Notes: a model not told the origin generated them from the sequence alone. Counted from the stretch's first letter, positions 18,391-28,344 are shown. The stretch: 64,000 bases of DNA from Candidatus Cloacimonadota bacterium (GCA_963676515.1 OY781061.1:758630-822629), one strand, 5' to 3'. Translations and numbers: made by a program.

Positions 18391-20019
18391 TCAAAGTCGG
18401 TTTGACAATTGCAACTCTTTTACTGCTATCTCTCTCATTTCCACTTTGCGGATTTTACCCGTAATAGTCATAGGAAATTCACTCACAAACTTCCAGTAGT
18501 GAGGGATTTTGTAACTGGCTATCTGACCTTTGCAATAGGCTCTAAACTCCTCTTCCGAGACATTACCAGAGTCTTCTTTAAGGATAACCCACGCCATTAC
18601 CCGCTCACCATATTTTTCGTCTGGCACACCGATAACCTGCACATCATAGATTTTGTCGTGATTCCGCAGATACTCCTCGATCTCGTGAGGCGAAATATTC
18701 TCACCGCCACGGATTATCATATCCTTAATTCTTCCCACAATCTTGATGTATCCACTTTCGTCCATCTCCGCCATATCCCCAGTGTGCATCCAGCGACCTT
18801 CATCGATCACTTTCGCTGTAGCATCTGGGCTGTTCCAATATTTGAGCATCACAGAGTAGCCACGAGTGCAAAGCTCCCCGCGAGTATTTCTGGGAACGAC
18901 CTTTTTCGTCTCAGGGTCTATTATTTTTATTTCCAGATGAGGATGCACTTTGCCCACAGTGGCACACCTTCTTTGCTCGTTATCGTCCAAAAAGGTTTGC
19001 GTACTCACTGGAGAAGTCTCTGTCATCCCATAGCATATGCCCACATCTTTCATATTCATTTTCTCTCGAATATCACGCATAACAGATTCGGGACATTGCG
19101 AACCAGCCATAATGCCTGTCCTTAAACTGGAGAAGTCGTAATCATCTATTTCGGGGAGATTTAACTCGGCAATAAACATAGCAGGCACTCCATAGAGTGA
19201 AGTTATCTTCTCATCCTGAACAGTTTTTATCACAGTCAGTGGGTCAAAAGCTTCGCCCGTAAAAACCATGCAGCAACCATGGGAAGTACACGCTAGATTC
19301 CCTAACACCATGCCAAAGCAGTGATAGAGCGGAACTGGTAGACACACACGATCATTTTCCGTATACTTTAAACGCTTTCCAATAAAATACCCGTTGTTCA
19401 AAATATTGTGATGTGAAAGAGTTGCCCCTTTGGGAAATCCTGTCGTGCCGCTGGTGTATTGGATATTGATCGGTTCATCAAACTCCAGATTAGCCTCGAT
19501 AGCCTCTATCTGCTCATTGGTGATTTTTTTGCCCACGGCGATTAGTTTGTCCCAGTCGTGCTCTATTACCAAGATGTCTTGTAAATTGACACACGAAGAC
19601 CTTACTTCGTTGAGTATCTCGATATAATTCGTCTTCCGAAACCCTTTTGACATAATGAGCAGTTTGGTTTCCGATTGCTTCAAGGCAAATTTTAGCTCTT
19701 GAGCTTTGTAGGCTGGGTTCACATTAACCATAATCGCACCCATGCGAGCCGTGGCATACTGAAGGATAACCCACTCAAAACGGTTGGGCGACCAGATTCC
19801 CACTCGATCACCTTTCTTTATCCCGTAGGCAATCAGTCCTTTAGCAATTTCACTAATCTGATCCCAAAACTCGCTGTAGGTAGCACGATAATTTTGGTAA
19901 GGAACTACCAACGCCTCTCTGTTGGGAAATTTCTCCACTGTCTTTTTTAGATTCTCCGATATGGTCTCACCCAGCAATGGTATTGAGCTTAAACCTTGTT
20001 CATACGATTTTTTTTTCAT
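18391..20019 (-). CDS. AMP-dependent acyl-CoA synthetase/ligase
   Basis: 542 aa; AMP-binding motifs (YTSGTTGFPKGA and the GE/GW-containing central region) of the fatty-acid-CoA ligase family. Confidence 0.75.
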   Translation of the reverse strand: MKKKSYEQGLSSIPLLGETISENLKKTVEKFPNREALVVPYQNYRATYSEFWDQISEIAKGLIAYGIKKGDRVGIWSPNRFEWVILQYATARMGAIMVNVNPAYKAQELKFALKQSETKLLIMSKGFRKTNYIEILNEVRSSCVNLQDILVIEHDWDKLIAVGKKITNEQIEAIEANLEFDEPINIQYTSGTTGFPKGATLSHHNILNNGYFIGKRLKYTENDRVCLPVPLYHCFGMVLGNLACTSHGCCMVFTGEAFDPLTVIKTVQDEKITSLYGVPAMFIAELNLPEIDDYDFSSLRTGIMAGSQCPESVMRDIREKMNMKDVGICYGMTETSPVSTQTFLDDNEQRRCATVGKVHPHLEIKIIDPETKKVVPRNTRGELCTRGYSVMLKYWNSPDATAKVIDEGRWMHTGDMAEMDESGYIKIVGRIKDMIIRGGENISPHEIEEYLRNHDKIYDVQVIGVPDEKYGERVMAWVILKEDSGNVSEEEFRAYCKGQIASYKIPHYWKFVSEFPMTITGKIRKVEMREIAVKELQLSNRL

Positions 20020-20357
20020 AAATCCCTAACCAATTTTTAATTGCTTTTTCAAAATTTTTATTATTTAAAAGATAAAACCAAGCTTTTTGCTCCCCTGTCA
20101 ACGGTTTTAAGTGGTTCTTTCCTGCGGTTGGACTAATTGTTTTTTTTTGGCTAGCTTATTTTGCCTTGACAGTAAATTTGAGTTATTGTGTTTAGGCTAC
20201 AGATGAGTTGTTTTAATAAAACGAGAGAGTTAATGATTTTGAAGGGAAGGTATAGATAATGAAGATAGCATGCCAAATAAGGAAGATATAGATAATGAAC
20301 ATAGCAAGTAGTTATTCGTCATTTTTTTGAAAATATTTTAGAACTGGAGTAAATACT

Positions 20358-20450
20358 ATGAATATGAGAAATTTCGTTGCAGTTAACAAATCAACTCTTG
20401 AGAATTATTCTAATGTTGAGGCTTCACCATTCTCTATCTTTGAAATATGA
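20358..20450 (+). CDS. Small ORF (30 aa) with GGAG RBS. It is in frame with the next small ORF across a TGA.
   Basis: ATG 20358; TGA 20448-20450. The next ATG at 20475 is in the same frame. Confidence 0.25.
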   Translation: MNMRNFVAVNKSTLENYSNVEASPFSIFEI

Positions 20451-20474
20451 CCAAATGGAGGACAGACCATTGTA

Positions 20475-20615
20475 ATGGCAGTTGCAGCGGATGGAAATGA
20501 ACAAATTGAAAAAAATAAGTTTGGTATCGGTATAGATTTTAATACAGCATGCGATAATTTTATTTCTGATCTCAAGAAAATCTTGGACAATACATATAAA
20601 ATTAATGAATTCTAA
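20475..20615 (+). CDS. Small ORF (46 aa) with GGAGGA RBS
   Basis: MAVAADGNEQIEKNKFGIGIDFNTACDNFISDLKKILDNTYKINEF; its stop overlaps the RBS of the next gene. Confidence 0.3.
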   Translation: MAVAADGNEQIEKNKFGIGIDFNTACDNFISDLKKILDNTYKINEF

Positions 20616-20627
20616 AATTAAAGGAGA

Positions 20628-21002
20628 ATGAAAATGGATTATAAATGGAACAAGGTTATTAACGCTGGCCAAAAAGCAATTGGATATATTGATATTTATG
20701 AAACAAATGCCAAAGGGATCGATATTAGAGCGATTGTTAACTTTTACCCAAATATAGAACAATTTGGAGATAATCGGATATGTAATACAACAATTTTATA
20801 TTCTTGTTCTAAAAGTGATATTACTGATGCATTTTTTCATTTTATTAACGATGATATTATTAAATTAATACAAGGTGAAGAAACTGAGAAATTTGATTCA
20901 ACAACTAAAAAGTTTGAACTGATGATGACTCAACAGTTCTTTGTAAAGGAACTCCCTGAAATGGATTACTTTACTCACGGAGATTATTCAGCAGAAGGAT
21001 AA
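20628..21002 (+). CDS. Hypothetical protein (124 aa) on the low-GC island
   Basis: Strong AAGGAGA RBS; no recognisable motif. Confidence 0.4.
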   Translation: MKMDYKWNKVINAGQKAIGYIDIYETNAKGIDIRAIVNFYPNIEQFGDNRICNTTILYSCSKSDITDAFFHFINDDIIKLIQGEETEKFDSTTKKFELMMTQQFFVKELPEMDYFTHGDYSAEG

Positions 21003-21032
21003 ACTTTAACCACAAAAAAACGACGTATAACA

Positions 21033-21097
21033 GCGAGTACCCGCTACGCTTCGCTCCGTCCAAATTGCTCCCTTCGGTCGCAACTTCGGGTACTCGC
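21033..21097. other. GC-rich hairpin (11-bp stem gcgagtacccg / cgggtactcgc, 43-nt loop) inside the AT-rich island
   Basis: The inverted repeat is read directly from the sequence. Its GC content contrasts sharply with its surroundings. Confidence 0.4.
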
Positions 21098-21183
21098 GGA
21101 ACATTGGGCACAATACAAGAAAAAAAACAGCATAGTTAGATGAAATACTTTACCTTTGCGATTAGACTTTAAATAGAATATTT

Positions 21184-21972
21184 ATGATTAAAATAGAACG
21201 ACTAAAAAAAGCCGATTTAGTGCATTATTGTCAGCAAATAGGCATTGATACAAAAGACAAAAACAAAGATATATTAATTGAAGAAGCTGTTAATTATGGC
21301 AATAATGAAATAACACAAGCATTGAAGAATAATAATGGTATTGAACTACTAACAACTAAAATAGAATGTCTTGCTGAAGATTATTCATCTAACTTAGATT
21401 TGAAAATTTCAGATAGAAAAGCTGAAATGAAAAAAGACGATAATTCTCACTATTTAATTTATCGAGTTTTGGGAATTACACAAGAAGATGGTCGCTTGAT
21501 TGATGAATATCAGAATACTGGACGTTTTTTATATAAATATGCAGGTTCATTTCTTGAAGAGGCAGCTTCTCTTTGTCTGAAATTTAAGAATATAAATGGA
21601 GGAAAAACCCTAATCGATAATAACCAAGGTAAGAAGCCTAAGACATTTGAAATTGACTTTTTGGATGGCAATGATGCTATCGAGATAAAATGGAGAGACG
21701 CAACAACGGACGGTGACCATATTACAAAAGAACACACTAGAGTAAAAGCAATAGAAAGTCAAGGTTATACACCTATTCGTGTTATGTTTTATTATCCTCA
21801 ACGTGAACAAGCAAAGAGAATACAAGCAACTCTTAAAACTATCTATGAAGGTGTTAATGGCAGCTATTTTGCAGGTGACGATGCTTGGACTTTCATTGAG
21901 AGTCATAGTGGCTATAACTTAAAAAAAATATTAACAAAAATTGCAGATAAAAGAACACCACTTAATGGATAA
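21184..21972 (+). CDS. Type II restriction endonuclease (PD-(D/E)xK fold)
   Basis: 262 aa; FEIDFLDGNDAIEIKWRD gives a D...EIK catalytic motif. Its stop overlaps the start of the adjacent methyltransferase (ATGGATAA). Confidence 0.6.
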   Translation: MIKIERLKKADLVHYCQQIGIDTKDKNKDILIEEAVNYGNNEITQALKNNNGIELLTTKIECLAEDYSSNLDLKISDRKAEMKKDDNSHYLIYRVLGITQEDGRLIDEYQNTGRFLYKYAGSFLEEAASLCLKFKNINGGKTLIDNNQGKKPKTFEIDFLDGNDAIEIKWRDATTDGDHITKEHTRVKAIESQGYTPIRVMFYYPQREQAKRIQATLKTIYEGVNGSYFAGDDAWTFIESHSGYNLKKILTKIADKRTPLNG

Positions 21973-23173
21973 AAATAGAATATATAAAGGAAACTGTCTT
22001 GTGCAATTAGCTAAGATTAATTCCGAATCAGTAGATTTAGTATACTTCGACCCACCATTTTTTACACAGAAAAAACATTCTCTTGTAACAAAAGATAACA
22101 CTAAAAAATACGAATTTAGTGACAGTTGGAATTCTATAGAACAATATCTTGAATTAATAGAATTATGTCTAGTTGAATGCCGAAGAATTCTTAAAAAGAC
22201 TGGTAGTGTATTTTTACACTGTGACAAAATTGCGTCACACTATATACGAGTAGCTCTTGACAAGGTATTTGGTGTGGAGCATTTCAGAAGTGAAATAATA
22301 TGGAGTTACAAAAGATGGTCAAACTCTAAAAAAGGTCTTTTAAATTCACATCAAAACATCTATTTTTACTCTAAGGGCAAAGATTTTAAATTTAACCAAT
22401 TTTATACAAATTATGCCCCAACGACGAATGTTGACCAGATTTTACAAGACCGAAAAAAAACCTCAACTGGTAAATCCGTTTACAAAACAGATGTAAATGG
22501 TAATGTCATATTAGGCAAGGAGAAGAAAGGAGTTCCATTATCAGACACTTGGGAAATACCATATTTGAACCCTAAAGCTAAAGAACGAGTTGGATACCCA
22601 ACTCAGAAACCTGTTTTATTACTAAAAGAAGTAATTAAAATTGTCACTAATGAAGGTGATTTAGTAGTAGACCCCTTTTGTGGTAGTGGTACAACTTGTG
22701 TTGCTGCTAAATCGATGTCTAGAAATTTCATTGGTATAGATATTTCTAGTGATGCAGTGGAACTAGCAAATAGTAGACTTGAAAAAATGATAATTACAGA
22801 TTCAAATCTATTAAAGAAGGGAGCCAATAGCTATTTAGAAAAAAATGAAGCTGACATTTCATTACTTAAAAGCATTGATGCAATTCCGGTACAACGAAAT
22901 TCAGGTATCGATGGATTTTTAAAAATGCATTTTAAAGACAAACCTGTACCTGTAAAGATTCAAGCTAAAACTGAATCATTAGATGATGCTATTGAAAAAC
23001 TGGAAAAAGCCTCGAATAAAAAAGGCTATGAATTAAAGATAGTAATTCAAACATCCAGTAATAATATCCCTAGCCTTTTTGAACATAATTCAGATATAAA
23101 AATAATAAAGTCCAATAAAATAATCATTGAAGAATTGGCAAACATAAGTACTGTGCCCAACAGGCTAGCATAG
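21965..23173 (+). CDS. DNA methyltransferase, beta-class N6-adenine/N4-cytosine (motif IV DPPF precedes motif I FCGSGTT)
   Basis: VYFDPPFF...DPFCGSGTTCVAAKSMSRNFIGIDIS; there is an about 130-aa C-terminal extension. Confidence 0.8.
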   Translation: MDKNRIYKGNCLVQLAKINSESVDLVYFDPPFFTQKKHSLVTKDNTKKYEFSDSWNSIEQYLELIELCLVECRRILKKTGSVFLHCDKIASHYIRVALDKVFGVEHFRSEIIWSYKRWSNSKKGLLNSHQNIYFYSKGKDFKFNQFYTNYAPTTNVDQILQDRKKTSTGKSVYKTDVNGNVILGKEKKGVPLSDTWEIPYLNPKAKERVGYPTQKPVLLLKEVIKIVTNEGDLVVDPFCGSGTTCVAAKSMSRNFIGIDISSDAVELANSRLEKMIITDSNLLKKGANSYLEKNEADISLLKSIDAIPVQRNSGIDGFLKMHFKDKPVPVKIQAKTESLDDAIEKLEKASNKKGYELKIVIQTSSNNIPSLFEHNSDIKIIKSNKIIIEELANISTVPNRLA

Positions 23174-23224
23174 ATAATATGGCAATGAGGCTGTTACTCC
23201 ATTTTCAGTGGTTTCTAGCAGCTC

Positions 23225-23285
23225 CGCCAAATCAGAGATTTGACAGTGTCTGAAATGGAAAGTTCACAGTAAAATCTCTGATTTG
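23225..23285. other. Perfect 16-bp inverted repeat (gccaaatcagagattt / aaatctctgatttggc) with a 29-nt spacer at the right edge of the R-M island
   Basis: Read directly from the sequence. No U tract follows on either strand. Confidence 0.4.
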
Positions 23286-23376
23286 GCTAAGTAATGGTCA
23301 GAACGATTTTTGATTTCTACATGCCATACTATCCATCTAGCAATCGTTAAAAACTAGGCTCAAGATAAATTTCTCT

Positions 23377-23949
23377 TTAATTTATCCCTTCCACCATCAA
23401 AACCTTTTGCCAGCCAAAAAATATTTCTAAGCTCTTTAATTGGCTCTGCTCGTACTCCAGTAATAATTTCACTCCTCCGTCCGAGATTTTCACAGGGTTA
23501 GCGTCTGCATCCACCTTTACTGTGGCTTCGCCTATCTTGTGGCTGCCACTCGTGTATATCTCATCCAGCCGACTTAACGCGTAAATGACGGCATATAGGG
23601 GCTTCGAGTGACTGTCTGTTGCTTTTATCACCCCTGCAGAAGTTTTGGTGCGATAAGAGATTTGCTTGCCGAGTACCTCCACAGATAGAGTCGGTGTGGG
23701 CGTCATACCCATTACACCTCCTCCGTAGCAGAGCATGCGAAATTGCTCGCCCTCTTTCTGGGCAAAAAATTTCTGGTGCAGCTCTCTGCCGTCTTCCCAA
23801 ATAGTGGCTTCGCCCTTGAGGGTGTAGGCTTTCCACCTCTGCGACTGACTACCGAGAAGCCCTGCATCCAGCTGACTGATGCTCACACTACACCCACAAA
23901 AAAAGAAAGTGCTAAAAAGTAGCACTTTCTCTAAGAATTTAATTCGCAT
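23377..23949 (-). CDS. Lipoprotein, function unknown
   Basis: 190 aa; the signal peptide ends in FFCGC (lipobox). Confidence 0.5.
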   Translation of the reverse strand: MRIKFLEKVLLFSTFFFCGCSVSISQLDAGLLGSQSQRWKAYTLKGEATIWEDGRELHQKFFAQKEGEQFRMLCYGGGVMGMTPTPTLSVEVLGKQISYRTKTSAGVIKATDSHSKPLYAVIYALSRLDEIYTSGSHKIGEATVKVDADANPVKISDGGVKLLLEYEQSQLKSLEIFFGWQKVLMVEGIN

Positions 23950-23958
23950 AGCTTCCGC

Positions 23959-24735
23959 TTAGTTGCGGTAAATTTTCACGATCATAAAAGCAGCTACACC
24001 TATCATCAGGAAGCTCAGCAGTTGACCCATAGTGAGCCATCCAAAGAGGATGTAACCCAGCTGTATGTCTGGTTGGCGGAAGTTTTCCACGATTGTGCGA
24101 AAAACCCCATAAAGACCGAAGAACATCCAAAAGACGACTCCGTCTGTCTTGATTTTCTTGAGAGCAAACCAGCTAACCAGCCCGAGCACAACTCCTTCCA
24201 AAAGAAACTCATAAAGTTGCGAAGGATGCCGTGGCAAAGCTCCACCATTGGGGAAAACCATCGCCCAAGGAACATCGGTGACTCTACCAAAAAGCTCGCC
24301 GTTGATGAAGTTGCCCAGTCTGCCCATACCCAAACCGATAGCTGCGTAAGGGGTGAAAACATCTGCCATTTTGGAAAAATTGTAACCATGCTTGCGAACA
24401 AAATACCAGCCGGCTGCGATTACTCCCAGTATTCCCCCGTGAAAGCTCATCCCTCCGTGCCAGACGGCGACTATTTCCAGAGGGTTAGACAAATAAAAAG
24501 GCAGATTGTAAAACAAAACATAGCCCAGTCGCCCGCCTAGAATAATGCCCAACACGACAAAGAAAACAAAGTCTTCGTAATTTTTTTTGCTGATTTCCAT
24601 TCCGCGTGCCATGAGAGATTTTCGATAGAAAATGTAGCCAAAAAATATGCTCAGCAAGTAACAGACGCCGTACCAGCGGATTTGCAAAAAGCCAATCCTA
24701 AATATCGTCGGGTCTATCTCGGGATATGTTAACAC
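23959..24735 (-). CDS. lgt: Prolipoprotein diacylglyceryl transferase
   Basis: 258 aa; HGG...GNFINGELFGR...RHPSQLYE conserved Lgt motifs. Confidence 0.85.
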   Translation of the reverse strand: MLTYPEIDPTIFRIGFLQIRWYGVCYLLSIFFGYIFYRKSLMARGMEISKKNYEDFVFFVVLGIILGGRLGYVLFYNLPFYLSNPLEIVAVWHGGMSFHGGILGVIAAGWYFVRKHGYNFSKMADVFTPYAAIGLGMGRLGNFINGELFGRVTDVPWAMVFPNGGALPRHPSQLYEFLLEGVVLGLVSWFALKKIKTDGVVFWMFFGLYGVFRTIVENFRQPDIQLGYILFGWLTMGQLLSFLMIGVAAFMIVKIYRN

Positions 24736-25106
24736 TCAGCGACAGCCTCGATTTCTACTTTGGCGTATTTCGGCAAATTGGCAACCTCTACAGCTGCACG
24801 AGCAGGAGGATTGGATGTGAAGAACTTTGCGTAAACTTCGTTCATCGCAGCGAACTCTTTGATGTCAGCTAGGAAGATGTTCACTTTCGCGATCTTCTCG
24901 ATAGATGAGCCCGCAGCCTCTACGATAGCCACAAGGTTTTTGAGCGATTGCTCTGTTTGACTGGCGATATCGTCTCCAGCGAACTCCATTGTCGCAGGGT
25001 CTAGCGGTAATTGTCCCGACACGAAAAGTAAATTGCCTACTTTGGCAGCTTGTGAATAAGGTCCGATAGCAGCAGGTGCTTTGTCTGTTTTGATTAACTC
25101 TTTCAT
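24729..25106 (-). CDS. ridA: RidA/YjgF family reactive-intermediate deaminase
   Basis: 125 aa; PAAIGPYSQA...ARAAVEVANLP. Confidence 0.8.
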   Translation of the reverse strand: MKELIKTDKAPAAIGPYSQAAKVGNLLFVSGQLPLDPATMEFAGDDIASQTEQSLKNLVAIVEAAGSSIEKIAKVNIFLADIKEFAAMNEVYAKFFTSNPPARAAVEVANLPKYAKVEIEAVAEC

Positions 25107-25132
25107 AATATTTCTCCTTAATATTGGTTTTT

Positions 25133-25837
25133 TTAGTCTCTACTTCCCATACTCATAATGCGTAAGATGAAAAGAAACATATTTATAAAATCTAGATAGA
25201 GCTTCAAAGCTCCATAAAGAGAGAGCTTGAGCAATGACGCTTCGTCTTGTGTAGAGAGGGCGAGCCTTTTGAGGTACTGGGTGTCGTAAGCGGTGAGTGC
25301 ACAAAAAAGCAACACTCCAATATAAGAGATAGCTTTGGACAATCCAGAAGAAGCCATAAACATATTCACGACAGAGGCAATCACGATGCCAATCAAGCCC
25401 ATAAAAAGGATGTTGCCAAGTTTGGAAAGGTCTGTCTTGGTGATGTAGCCGTAAATACACATCGTCCCGAAAGTGCCAGCGGTAACAAAAAAAGCTGAGG
25501 CGATAGTCGAGCCAGTATAGACGACGAAAAGCCCTGCCATCGAGATGCCATTGAGGGCAGCGTAGAGCAAGAAGAGGTTGCGAGCTTTGCCGTACTCCAT
25601 CTTCATCAGATGCGACACTAGATAGAAAACCAGCCCGAGCTCTGCGATCATCACCGCAAAGAGCAGCATCCTATTGGCGTAAAAAAGCGAGAGCAACCTC
25701 GGAGAAGACGCTACGAGCATTGCCACCACGCCAGTAACAAAGAGCCCTATTCCCATCCACAAATATGTGGCGTACATAAACCGAGCCACCAAAGATTGAC
25801 CCATCGTGCGGTCTTCATAAATTATATTTTGTTGCAT
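25133..25837 (-). CDS. Bax-inhibitor-1/YccA family membrane protein
   Basis: 234 aa; 7-TM pattern, BI-1 family character. Confidence 0.6.
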   Translation of the reverse strand: MQQNIIYEDRTMGQSLVARFMYATYLWMGIGLFVTGVVAMLVASSPRLLSLFYANRMLLFAVMIAELGLVFYLVSHLMKMEYGKARNLFLLYAALNGISMAGLFVVYTGSTIASAFFVTAGTFGTMCIYGYITKTDLSKLGNILFMGLIGIVIASVVNMFMASSGLSKAISYIGVLLFCALTAYDTQYLKRLALSTQDEASLLKLSLYGALKLYLDFINMFLFILRIMSMGSRD

Positions 25838-25930
25838 TGTATCCTCCTTAAAAGATAATAGCTTTGAATAGGTAACATTTGGAAATGAGAAGAAATTTTG
25901 TCAAACCTTAATCGGGAAATAATTGAATAC

Positions 25931-26938
25931 CTATTTAGTTACAACAGATAAATAAGCATTTTTAACACCTATATCTCTGAAATGGAATTGTCCCATTTGC
26001 CTATTTAATTTATCTGACCATAATTTTGGTGCTTTTTCCTCCCAAGGCAAAACATAAAAAGAAAAATGATTATTTTCTTTAAATTTTATCAATTCAGAGG
26101 GTATTTTTATACTAAATGACCTTATATTCCTGATTTCTTTATCAACCGTTTTTATTTCAAAGTTTTCTTCGTTTATAGAAAAATAAAAATTCTCAGCTTG
26201 TCCAAATCTAATCCCACTATGAAATCCATCAAAAATCAAAGTAATTTCAGCTTCTAAAAATTCTTTTTCTGTAATTCCATTATCCAAGAGAACAGATTGA
26301 GGCCTAAAATCTTTTACAAAAGCAATTGCTGCATATCTATCATAGAATCCAAAAGATTCTTTTAAATATTTAGTTTTTTCGTTTTCCTCATATAATAAAT
26401 TCCCGCTAAAACTTTGAAATTTGACACCCAAAGATAAAAGATTTTTTATATTTTTTTCTGTTTTTGCAATTGCTTTTATTCTCTTGTAATTGCTAAAATC
26501 ACAATCAGAAATTTTTTCCCTATATTCACTGACAAATATCCTTTGAATCTCAAGAGGGGAAACTGCACCAGCCAAGTAATTTTCATTCTCCTTATCTAAA
26601 AAAATAATTCCAGAAGATTTTTGAGAGGAAATAGTTTTATGCTGTGCATTGTAATTAAGTCCATTTTGGGAATAAACATTGTCACCCAAATGAATTTCTT
26701 GTTCATTCAAAAACCAAATAATTCCATATTTTGAAGGTTCTTTTTGGATAATTTCTATTTTGTTCCCAGTCCCATTGCTTTGAATATTTATATTTTCACT
26801 ACCTTCAGGAGAAAAGATGTTTTCTCCATCGGTCTTATTTGTCGAAGGATCTAAAATAATACCTACAATAGCCACTATCACGCTAACAAAAGCTAGAACA
26901 AGACCAATTATTTTAAATATTGGCAATTTTTTTTTCAT
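25931..26938 (-). CDS. Hypothetical N-terminally anchored protein (335 aa) on a low-GC islet
   Basis: Single N-terminal TM segment; rich in N, K, E and I; no recognisable motif. Confidence 0.45.
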   Translation of the reverse strand: MKKKLPIFKIIGLVLAFVSVIVAIVGIILDPSTNKTDGENIFSPEGSENINIQSNGTGNKIEIIQKEPSKYGIIWFLNEQEIHLGDNVYSQNGLNYNAQHKTISSQKSSGIIFLDKENENYLAGAVSPLEIQRIFVSEYREKISDCDFSNYKRIKAIAKTEKNIKNLLSLGVKFQSFSGNLLYEENEKTKYLKESFGFYDRYAAIAFVKDFRPQSVLLDNGITEKEFLEAEITLIFDGFHSGIRFGQAENFYFSINEENFEIKTVDKEIRNIRSFSIKIPSELIKFKENNHFSFYVLPWEEKAPKLWSDKLNRQMGQFHFRDIGVKNAYLSVVTK

Positions 26939-27036
26939 TTTTCCTCCTATGAAAAGAATTAATTTCCCCTTTAAAAACTAAAATTTAACAAAAAGGAGAG
27001 TCTTGCGACTCTCCCATTTTTATCTTAAAGTAAAAA

Positions 27037-28287
27037 TTACTTCTTAACAGTTTCGCCCAATTCAACAGCATACATAGCGTAGAAGGCAGAAGCCATCACG
27101 AGGTCTTCGATAGGACACCACTCGTTGGGAGCGTGTGCCAATACCTCGTTACCTGGTCCAAAACCAATCATAGGAATGCCGTGCTTACCGTTGATGGTAA
27201 CACCATTGGTAGAGAATGTCCATTTGTCCACTTTTGGATCTTTGTTAAAGAGTTCTTTGAAAGATTTAACGCCAACTTGTACAACTGGCTCAGACTCTTC
27301 CAACTTCCAAGTTGGGAAATATTTTTTCATCCCGTACTCAAGACCTGTCCAAGCTTTCTCTTTGTATTCCAACACTTCAACTTTAGCCTCTTTGGTGAAG
27401 CCAAGTTTGTCGATGATGTTTTGAATCTCTTTGCAGGCAGAAGTCTCTGTCTCGCCCCAAGTAAGACGACGATCCAAATGGAAGTAAGCATAGTCGGCTA
27501 CAGCACAGAGTGATGGAGAACCAGACTCAATGTGAGATACAGTTACAGTTCCTTTGCCCAAGAAGTTTCCTTCGTCAGGTTGCAAATTCTCGTTCAATTT
27601 TTCGATTTCTACAAGAACTTTAGAAGCCATATAAACTGCGTTTTTGCCACGCTCTGGAGCAGAACCATGACAAGAGATGCCACGGAAAGAGACACCAATT
27701 TCCATTCTGCCACGGTGTCCACGATAGATGTTCATATTGGTAGGCTCAGTAGAGATAGCAAAGTCTGGTTTTAAGCCGTGCTCCTCTATGATATAGTTCC
27801 AGCAAAGACCATCGCAATCTTCTTCCATTACAGAACCAACAACCCAGAGAGTAACCTTGTCGCCAAGACCAAGCTCTTTGAGGATGCGACCAGAAGTAAC
27901 AGCAGCAGCAGGTCCACCTTCTTGGTCAACTGTTCCGCGACCAAAAATTTTGCCGTCTTTGATAGTTCCGCAGTGAGGATCGAAATCCCAGTTGTCCATA
28001 TTGCCTACACCTACTGTGTCCATATGTCCGTCCACAGCAAGGACAATAGGTCCATTTCCAATGCGACCCAACACATTTCCAAGTCCGTCAATGACTACTT
28101 CGTCAAATCCAGCCTCTTCCATTTGTCTTTTGAGTTCTTTTTGCACACCTTCTTCTTGCATACTTTCAGAAGGGATGTTTACTAATTTGGCAAGATTTTG
28201 AGCAGTATAATCTCTATACTTTTCTGCCAACTCCATGATTTGTTTAGCTACGCTCATCATGAATCTCCTTTGGTTTAAATTTTTCAA
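27037..28287 (-). CDS. M20-family metallopeptidase/dipeptidase
   Basis: 416 aa; M20 metal-binding blocks (DGHMDTV, GRGTVDQEGG, EED). Confidence 0.7.
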   Translation of the reverse strand: MKNLNQRRFMMSVAKQIMELAEKYRDYTAQNLAKLVNIPSESMQEEGVQKELKRQMEEAGFDEVVIDGLGNVLGRIGNGPIVLAVDGHMDTVGVGNMDNWDFDPHCGTIKDGKIFGRGTVDQEGGPAAAVTSGRILKELGLGDKVTLWVVGSVMEEDCDGLCWNYIIEEHGLKPDFAISTEPTNMNIYRGHRGRMEIGVSFRGISCHGSAPERGKNAVYMASKVLVEIEKLNENLQPDEGNFLGKGTVTVSHIESGSPSLCAVADYAYFHLDRRLTWGETETSACKEIQNIIDKLGFTKEAKVEVLEYKEKAWTGLEYGMKKYFPTWKLEESEPVVQVGVKSFKELFNKDPKVDKWTFSTNGVTINGKHGIPMIGFGPGNEVLAHAPNEWCPIEDLVMASAFYAMYAVELGETVKK

Positions 28288-28344
28288 TCTCCCGACTTAA
28301 CTCTGAAGATTATCGCTCAATTTCCGTTCTTGTCAGATTCTATG

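Noticed and set aside
20358-20616. Alternative genetic code (UGA=Trp/Gly) to explain the in-frame TGA
   Set aside because: prfB (RF2) is present with a UGA-dependent frameshift, and all conserved genes end sensibly with standard stops.
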